Shown: positions 57,893 to 64,000 of the stretch, piece after piece | How positions within the stretch are numbered: the first letter of the stretch is position 1 | Layout: every line of letters starts with the position of its first letter | Source of the DNA: an uncultured Candidatus Saccharibacteria bacterium | Lineage (GTDB): Bacteria > Patescibacteriota > Minisyncoccia > Phycocordibacterales > DATDWN01 | Assembly: GCA_964469605.1 (NCBI GenBank) | Contig: CAYXZA010000001.1 | Coordinates: 71,274-135,273 of the forward strand | DNA length: 64,000 bases | Direction: 5' to 3' | Program-made: the position numbers and the translations under genes | Notes under the pieces: generated by a model | Seen by the model: the letters and a program-made list of their open reading frames with translations, nothing else | Databases searched by the model: none | Told to the model about the DNA's origin: nothing

Positions 57893-57975
57893 TTTTGTAT
57901 ACTTGTTATTATATCATACAATATATATTTAGATATACGATTTTATAATAAATTTAAAATGCTATAATAACTCCA

Positions 57976-59172
57976 ATGAAAAAGATTTTGTTTTTAGTAT
58001 TTTTTTGGGTTTTTTCTATAATTATCTTTGTTTATAATTACCAAAGTAGTGGTTTTCAAGGTGTTAATAATAATAATAATAATAATTTAAATACAATCTC
58101 CCCTGCTTTACCGTCCAATAATAATCTAGAAATCAAAGATCAGGAAAATAACCAAATATCATCTAAAAATACAGAAACTATACTCTCAAAAGCTAGTTCG
58201 ACTAAACCTGTTTCTGCTACCACATCAACTGTAAATATTAAAAAAACTAGTCAGACTGCAACAAACATAAAAACACAAACATCAAACGAGGCGACTTCTG
58301 TTGTTGTAAATAAAAATGTTGATTTTTCTTTGGTAAATGAGCAAGTTAGAAAATCTCTTGTAAATATAATGTGCTCGGTCTCATCTAGTGGCACCATATC
58401 CCCCATAACAGGAAGCGGAGTTTTTGTTTCAAATGATGGTGTTATACTGACAAATGCACATATTGCTCAGTATTTTTTATTGAAAGATTTCAATGGTCAA
58501 AAAGATTATTTAGACTGTGTGATAAGGACAGGATCCCCTGCTTATCCTACATACAAAGCCAAATTAGTTTATATTTCTCCTGATTGGATTTTTAATAATA
58601 AAAAACTTTTGTTGGAAGAAAAACCTCTTGGAACTGGGGAATATGATTATGCTTTTTTGAAAATAACAGAAAGAGTTGATAAATCAGATCTAAAAGCTGT
58701 TGATTTTATCTCATTAAATACAGATGATTCTAATCTAAAAAAAGGTAATCCAACTATTTTAGTCTCCTACCCCGCTGGTTTTTTAGGTGGGATTGAAATT
58801 TTACAATCTTTGTATCAGTCTAGTGCAGAAACTTTTATAAAAGATGTTTTTACATTTAAAGAAAATACAATAGATTTGATCTCTGTTTCCGGTACGGTAA
58901 TTTCCCAAAAAGGTTCTTCTGGTGGAGCGGTTGTTGATTCTAAGTCAAATCTTTTGGGTATAATATCAGTTAGTAGTGATGATTTTTTTACAAAAGATAG
59001 GGATTTGAGGGCTATTACAGTGGCATATATAAATAGGGATCTAGAAGCTAAAACTAAAACAAATATTAGAAATCTGATATTAAATGCTGATTCTGTTTCA
59101 AATGTATTTGAAATTTCCCTATTCTCTTTACTGAAAAAAACACTAGAAGACAGTATTTTGGGTAAAAATTAA
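57976..59172 (+). CDS. exported trypsin-like (S1) serine protease
   Basis: Signal/TM, Asn/Ser/Thr-rich linker, 'GSGVFVSNDGVILTNAHIA' (His box) and 'ISQKGSSGGAVVD' (Ser box). No PDZ domain. Confidence 0.6.
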   Translation: MKKILFLVFFWVFSIIIFVYNYQSSGFQGVNNNNNNNLNTISPALPSNNNLEIKDQENNQISSKNTETILSKASSTKPVSATTSTVNIKKTSQTATNIKTQTSNEATSVVVNKNVDFSLVNEQVRKSLVNIMCSVSSSGTISPITGSGVFVSNDGVILTNAHIAQYFLLKDFNGQKDYLDCVIRTGSPAYPTYKAKLVYISPDWIFNNKKLLLEEKPLGTGEYDYAFLKITERVDKSDLKAVDFISLNTDDSNLKKGNPTILVSYPAGFLGGIEILQSLYQSSAETFIKDVFTFKENTIDLISVSGTVISQKGSSGGAVVDSKSNLLGIISVSSDDFFTKDRDLRAITVAYINRDLEAKTKTNIRNLILNADSVSNVFEISLFSLLKKTLEDSILGKN

Positions 59173-59191
59173 ATTTTTTAAATAAAAAAAA

Positions 59192-59556
59192 CACCTCGGG
59201 TTGGTTACCGAAGGTTGTTGGCGAGGGGTCGGGGGACGAAACTGCCCCGAACACCCCTCGCCTTGGGCACCCCTCCTCTGTGAGGAAGGGGTTGGCAATT
59301 TTCCGAGGTTTGGCCAAACCTCGGAGTCGAAAACCTTATCATGCATCTTGCCAAAGAATGCACTTATCTCCTCGTCCCGTTTTGGGATTTAGAGAGGGTT
59401 TTCCAATCTGGTTTTAGAGTTGCGCGCAAACTCAAAACCAGAAAAAAATCCACCGGATCCCGGCAGGGACTCCGGCGAAACCTCCCATGGCAGGATCTCC
59501 TTTCGGAAATCGTGCCAAGTGCGAAGATGATTGGGAGGCAAAGATCATCTCTAGTT
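59192..59556. other. GC-rich non-coding block with dense stable hairpins (candidate structured RNA or decayed foreign DNA)
   Basis: ~55% GC. Contains GGCGAGGGGT...ACCCCTCGCC enclosing CGGGGG-acgaaact-GCCCCG; CCGAGGTTTGG/CCAAACCTCGG; GAGTTGCGCGCAAACTC. Only short mutually overlapping ORFs. Confidence 0.35.
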
Positions 59557-59714
59557 AATATATTACTACATTATCATCTTTTTGTCAACTAAAAATATTG
59601 ATTTTTTCAAAAAAGTTTTTTTATTGTATAAAAAATGGCTTAAATAAAAGATATTTTTGATATTATTTAAAAATGTATAAATCCCATTTTGTTAAAAATA
59701 TTTTTTAATGTAAT

Positions 59715-60239
59715 ATGATATCTATGTTAAAAAAAATTTGGGATAGATTTTGGAATTTTTATGATGGTCACTATAATCTAACACTAGGTATTACACTTTG
59801 TTTATTTTCACTTCAAATCGTTCATTTATTTTGGCTCTTTACAAATGTTATTTGGTTTAAATTGTTTTCTTATAACCTGTATACTTTCGGATCAACTTTT
59901 GAAAAATTGTTGGTTTTAGTGGATTTTACAGAAATCCCTGCCCTACTGGCTGCTTCTTTGGTTTATATAGATGATCTTCGTAATAATTTCAACTATAAAT
60001 CAGTTATTTTTCTAATTCTTTTAAATAGCCAATGGTTGCACCTCTTTTGGATTACAGATGAGTTTGTTGTTTCAGAATTTACAGAAAAAGTTTTATTCCC
60101 TTCTTGGCTTGCTTGGCTAGCCATACTTATAGATTATCTTGAAGTTCCTGTTATCCTAGATACTTTATCTAAATTTTTAAAACATTTAAAAGAAGGTCAA
60201 ATAAAAACCGCTTTAAATGTGATAAAGGAAAGAGACTGA
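59715..60239 (+). CDS. hypothetical polytopic membrane protein
   Basis: 174 aa with four hydrophobic helices. Confidence 0.45.
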   Translation: MISMLKKIWDRFWNFYDGHYNLTLGITLCLFSLQIVHLFWLFTNVIWFKLFSYNLYTFGSTFEKLLVLVDFTEIPALLAASLVYIDDLRNNFNYKSVIFLILLNSQWLHLFWITDEFVVSEFTEKVLFPSWLAWLAILIDYLEVPVILDTLSKFLKHLKEGQIKTALNVIKERD

Positions 60240-60269
60240 TTATTTACAAAAATATCTCTATTTTTAAAT

Positions 60270-60995
60270 TTATTTAGTTTCTATTGGTTCAAATGTATCT
60301 GGGTTGTAGTAGATCCTGTCGTATATTTCAAAAGGTTTTCCTATAAATCCTTGTTCCTCTATTGGAACATCTAAATCCCATTTATCATAATATGAAATGT
60401 AATGCCCTTTTTCATCTTCCCCTTTTGTCCAAGTGTAATTTCCCATTATCTCATCCGCTAATACAGAGCTTTTCCCGTTACCATATTCTATCTGTGAAAT
60501 AATATTTTTTATTGGATTTTTAAAACCAATAAATCTTTTCTCAAACATATTATTTATCTTAAAATAATATTTATCATCTTTACTGTTTTTAGGTTTAAAA
60601 TCTGATATTCCAAATGTATCATATAGTTGATTTAAGCCAAGATATACTCTAAAAGCATCTTCTCTTTCATTACTATCTAATTCTCTTCCTGAAATAAAAT
60701 TTGGAATAAGTTTTTTTATTTTTTCATCCGCATAATACATTCTTGGCTTAATTGTTTTATAAACAAGTTCACTTATTATCGGCTTATGTGCCTGACTTTG
60801 TTCTCTTGTGTTGCCAAGTTCTGCCAATTCTTGTTTTGCTCTGTCTTTATCTTCAAAAGTATCAGTTTTCATCTCCTTGTGACCTGCATTTAAAGATAAA
60901 AGTCCAAATACTAAAGCTTTGGAAAATTTTCTTTTTATTTTATCCAATATAGCTGATTTCTTTTGCTCTCTTTGGTTGGGGTTTTCAAAACTCAT
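60270..60995 (-). CDS. hypothetical protein
   Basis: 241-aa ORF. Confidence 0.45.
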   Translation of the reverse strand: MSFENPNQREQKKSAILDKIKRKFSKALVFGLLSLNAGHKEMKTDTFEDKDRAKQELAELGNTREQSQAHKPIISELVYKTIKPRMYYADEKIKKLIPNFISGRELDSNEREDAFRVYLGLNQLYDTFGISDFKPKNSKDDKYYFKINNMFEKRFIGFKNPIKNIISQIEYGNGKSSVLADEIMGNYTWTKGEDEKGHYISYYDKWDLDVPIEEQGFIGKPFEIYDRIYYNPDTFEPIETK

Positions 60996-61015
60996 ATAGT
61001 TAATTTTATCAAAAT

Positions 61016-61318
61016 CTAATGATATTTACTATTTTCTAAGGCAATTTGCAAAACAGTATCAAAGTTATCTTCTTTTTGACATTTATTTGTCTTTTCATAG
61101 CCACATTTAATGCATTTGTGTATCAAAGAGTATTCCCTACCATTTTTTATTACATTCACAGGTTCCATAAGACCACCACATTTTGATAGTCTGTCGCCAG
61201 GATTTATATCTACATGTTTAGAATACAAACAATCAGGGCAATGATTTGTAAATCCATCACCTAAAACCTCTCTACCACAATTTTGACATTCAAAGTTCTC
61301 TTTTGTTTTTTTGAACAT
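61016..61318 (-). CDS. RNHCP-domain zinc-ribbon protein
   Basis: 'CQNCGREV...FTNHCPDCLYSKHVDINPGDRLSKCGGLMEP...CIKCGYE' has four CxxC pairs and the eponymous (R/T)NHCP motif. Confidence 0.55.
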   Translation of the reverse strand: MFKKTKENFECQNCGREVLGDGFTNHCPDCLYSKHVDINPGDRLSKCGGLMEPVNVIKNGREYSLIHKCIKCGYEKTNKCQKEDNFDTVLQIALENSKYH

Positions 61319-61598
61319 ATGTTTGAATATAAAAACTCTGTTTTTCAGAGTTTTTATATAATCTTAATTTCCACCAGTTCCTGTATTTGAATCTGGCCAT
61401 CCATCAGCTCTAACTGTAGAAAAACTAAATCCAAATATTGAAACTAATATAAACAAAGCAATAATTAACTTGTTCATCTTTATTTGTTAAATTTATCGAA
61501 TAAATAATAGTGTAAATGTAACAAATAGATTTTTTAAAGTCAAAAGTTATAAGTTGTTTGATTTATATTTTTTGTGTTATAGTATCTTTTGTAAGTTT

Positions 61599-61671
61599 CG
61601 GAGTGTGGTGTAACGGCTAACATTCCTGTTTTGGGAACAGGCGACTCCGGGTTCGAATCCCGGCACTCCGA
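61599..61671 (+). tRNA. tRNA-Pro, anticodon TGG, no encoded CCA
   Basis: CGGAGTG-TG-GTGTAACGGCTAACAT-TCCTG-TTTTGGGA-ACAGG-CGAC-TCCGGGTTCGAATCCCGG-CACTCCG-A. Confidence 0.8.
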
Positions 61672-61704
61672 CAAATATTTTAAGTTAGTCTGATAAATTT
61701 TTTA

Positions 61705-62106
61705 TTAAAAGACAATATCTTCTATAAAAGACACAGTAGCTATTCTTTCGGACATATTTATTTTAACAATAGCTATATCACATTGCCAATTCGTATCATC
61801 GTCTATTTCTTTGTCTAACAGATATGTTTCGATAACCCTTCTCAATCTTTGGGTTTTATATAGGTGTATATTATCCTCTGCTCTATATGTTTCTTGTGAA
61901 CCAATACCATGTTTTGTTTCTCGTGTAACAGATTTTACTTCTATAAAGTGAATAATACTGTTCTTTTTGGCAACAATATCTATCTCGCCCCATTTTTTTA
62001 AATAATTTCTATCTAAAATAACAAAACCTTTGTTTTTTAGATATTTACAAACACTATCTTCCCCTATTTTACCAACCATCTGCTTATTTGTTGGGTTTTT
62101 GATCAT
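61705..62106 (-). CDS. yraN: YraN-family (UPF0102) endonuclease-like protein
   Basis: 'GKIGEDSVCKYLKNKGFVILDRNYLKKWGEIDIVAKKNSIIHFIEVKS' matches the UPF0102 pattern. Confidence 0.6.
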   Translation of the reverse strand: MIKNPTNKQMVGKIGEDSVCKYLKNKGFVILDRNYLKKWGEIDIVAKKNSIIHFIEVKSVTRETKHGIGSQETYRAEDNIHLYKTQRLRRVIETYLLDKEIDDDTNWQCDIAIVKINMSERIATVSFIEDIVF

Positions 62107-62632
62107 ATTTATAATATCTATTTTATTAAATTCTATTTACAAAACAAGCAAGTTAAAGAATATTCAACATTTTCAAATGTTTCGTGTGACACATAAAACT
62201 AAATGTTTCTAAGAAACATTTAGTTTTATAACAGACTGTTATATTAGAATCTTTATTTTAAGCCATATTTTGATTTGGATAGAAATGTTTCTCGTGAAAT
62301 CTTTTTAAAAAGTCATTAAATTAACTTAAAAAGCTAATAATCAAAGACTGTCTTTAATACACATCTCCACAGAGTTATCCACAGTTTTGTTTAAAAATAT
62401 GGGTATTATTGTGTATATAAGTCGAATCTTTAAATTAAAGAAGACATTGTAAATAATAAGTCTTTTTGTTTTTATAAGTCATTTTATTCGAGAAATACAT
62501 GGCAACTTTGCTGCGAGGATTGGACGAGGTGACTGCTTTTATATTAAAAAACCCACAGACTGGTGTCTTTGTGTGGTAAATTAGCCCATTGATTTGCTTT
62601 TTGATTATTAAATGTATAATATTTACTATATT

Positions 62633-62703
62633 GCGGGTATGGTTTAGTGGTAGAACACTTCCTTGCCAAGGAAGAGACGCGGTTTCGATTACCGCTACCC
62701 GCA
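62633..62703 (+). tRNA. tRNA-Gly, anticodon GCC
   Basis: GCGGGTA-TG-GTTTAGTGGTAGAAC-ACTTCC-TTGCCAA-GGAAGA-GAC-GCGGTTTCGATTACCGC-TACCCGC-A. Confidence 0.85.
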
Positions 62704-62722
62704 CAGTTGATAAGCAAGATTG

Positions 62723-62795
62723 TGTGTCCGCTAGGACTTGAACCTAGATGGGCGGTTCCGAAGACCGCTACTCTATCCAATTGAGCTACGGACAC
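62723..62795 (-). tRNA. tRNA-Arg, anticodon TCG
   Basis: Reverse complement GTGTCCG-TA-GCTCAATTGGATAGAGT-A-GCGGT-CTTCGGA-ACCGC-CCATC-TAGGTTCAAGTCCTAG-CGGACAC-A. Confidence 0.8.
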
Positions 62796-62878
62796 AGTTT
62801 TCCTATATAATAATAGAAAAAGACTATTTTTCCAAATTTTTCATATTATTTTGATCAATTGTGATATTATTTAAAAAT

Positions 62879-64000
62879 ATGGACATAGATTTATCTAAAA
62901 TACCAAAAGAAATATTTTTTATATCTCAAACACTTGAAAGTGCGGGTTTTGAGGCTTTTTTGGTTGGTGGATGTGTTAGAGATCTTATCTTAGGAAGAAA
63001 ACCAAATGATTGGGATATAACAACCAATGCTAAACCACAGCAGATAATTGATTTATTTCCTCATACTTTCTATGAAAATGATTTTGGAACAGTTGGTGTT
63101 GTAAATGATAATACTGATGACTTGTCTTTAAAGAAAATTGAAATAACACCTTATAGATTAGAAGGGAAGTATTCTGATAATAGAAGACCTGATGATGTTT
63201 TTTTTACAGATAACATAGATGATGATTTGAAAAGGCGAGATTTCACTATAAACTCTATGGCTTTGTCTTTATCTTCTGGACTATATGATCCTCATTTTGG
63301 ACTAAAAGATTGCAAGGAGGGGATTATACGAACTGTGGGAGTGGCAAATGATAGATTCTCTGAGGATGCTCTTAGGATTTTAAGAGCTGTTAGATTTTAT
63401 AGTCAATTAGGATTTGTTGTTTCACACGAAACAGAAAAGGCTATTATTGAAAATGGTCATCTTTTATTAAATATATCAAAAGAAAGAATAAGAGATGAGT
63501 TTGTAAAGATAATAATGTCTGATATGCCTATGGAAGGAATAATGCTTTTGAAAAAATTAAATATTCTTCAATATGTTGTTCCTGAGCTTATGGATGGTAT
63601 TGGAATTGATCAAAATAAAGCTCATAGTTTTGATGTTTTTGAGCATTTACTTAGGTCGCTATCACATAGTGCAAATAAAAAATATTCATTAGAGATTAGA
63701 TTAGCTGCTTTGTTTCATGACATATCAAAACCGGAAACAAGAAGAAAAGGGGAAAATGGGGAGTGGACTTTCTATGGTCACGAGGTTTTAGGAGCTAAAA
63801 AAACCAAAAAAATACTTCAAGATCTTAAATTTTCAAGTGAAATAGTTTCAAGGGTGGAAAAACTGGTTCGTTGGCATATGTTTTTTTCTGACACAGAGCA
63901 AATAACACTTTCTGCTGTAAGGAGGATGATAGTAAATGTTGGTAGGGAAGATATATGGAATCTTATGGATGTTAGGATTTGTGACAGAATAGGCACAGGA
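62879..64000 (+). CDS. cca: CCA-adding tRNA nucleotidyltransferase (5' portion; runs off window)
   Basis: Head domain 'FLVGGCVRDLILGRKPNDWDITTNAKPQQ' and 'RRDFTINSMAL'; later HD motif 'LFHDISKPETRR'. No stop before the window end. Confidence 0.75.
   Translation, partial: MDIDLSKIPKEIFFISQTLESAGFEAFLVGGCVRDLILGRKPNDWDITTNAKPQQIIDLFPHTFYENDFGTVGVVNDNTDDLSLKKIEITPYRLEGKYSDNRRPDDVFFTDNIDDDLKRRDFTINSMALSLSSGLYDPHFGLKDCKEGIIRTVGVANDRFSEDALRILRAVRFYSQLGFVVSHETEKAIIENGHLLLNISKERIRDEFVKIIMSDMPMEGIMLLKKLNILQYVVPELMDGIGIDQNKAHSFDVFEHLLRSLSHSANKKYSLEIRLAALFHDISKPETRRKGENGEWTFYGHEVLGAKKTKKILQDLKFSSEIVSRVEKLVRWHMFFSDTEQITLSAVRRMIVNVGREDIWNLMDVRICDRIGTG

Noticed and set aside
59066-59592. Four short ORFs in the 59.2-kb GC-rich block, and tmRNA / RNase P RNA assignment for the block
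   Set aside because: ORFs are mutually overlapping, 60-83 aa, with no start context. For tmRNA, a possible tag-like frame ending in tga-taa exists on the reverse strand, but there is no tRNA-like acceptor or T-arm. RNase P P4 motifs are absent. Kept as an unclassified structured region.
1-64000. Alternative genetic code (UGA recoding, as in some candidate phyla)
   Set aside because: Long ORFs (PolA 783 aa, PBP 714 aa, VirB6-like 798 aa, etc.) are intact under the standard bacterial code, so UGA behaves as a stop.

Overview
AT-rich (~30% GC), gene-dense window with small proteins and few biosynthesis genes, which looks like a reduced Patescibacteria/CPR-type bacterial chromosome. Long ORFs are intact under the standard code, so UGA is read as stop. 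The window contains the replication-origin region, where dnaA-dnaN diverges from rpmH-rnpA-yidC and DnaA boxes sit between dnaA and dnaN. Identified housekeeping genes are rpsT, ruvA, mutM, polA, tsaE, pilB-like ATPase, ruvB-yebC-ruvC, tyrS, PBP1A, ksgA, uvrD/pcrA, nusA, tig, rsmE, clpP, rny, hup, coaD and cca (partial). Seven tRNAs are present: Arg-GCG, Lys-TTT, Gly-TCC, Pro-TGG, Gly-GCC, Arg-TCG, plus one on each strand near the window's 3' end. A ~12-kb co-directional operon at 26.3-38.5 kb encodes a VirB4-type ATPase, a PrgI/VirB3-like protein, a VirB6-like polytopic protein and a pilin-like fusion protein; it is a type-IV-secretion-like membrane apparatus with no relaxase or coupling protein in view. 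Findings not explained by ordinary gene content: (1) Five copies of a ~70-bp conserved element, each nested at the centre of a different long perfect palindrome immediately 3' of a gene. (2) A triplicated tRNA-Lys 3' tail with hairpin-rich ~170-bp units. (3) Four GC-rich (~50%) islands in the ~30% GC background: a two-gene membrane-protein + lipoprotein cassette, an EamA transporter, an HD-hydrolase + coaD pair between duplicated TrmB-like regulators, and a ~365-bp hairpin-dense non-coding block. (4) A 168-bp element bounded by a 17-bp perfect inverted repeat between pilB and ruvB.
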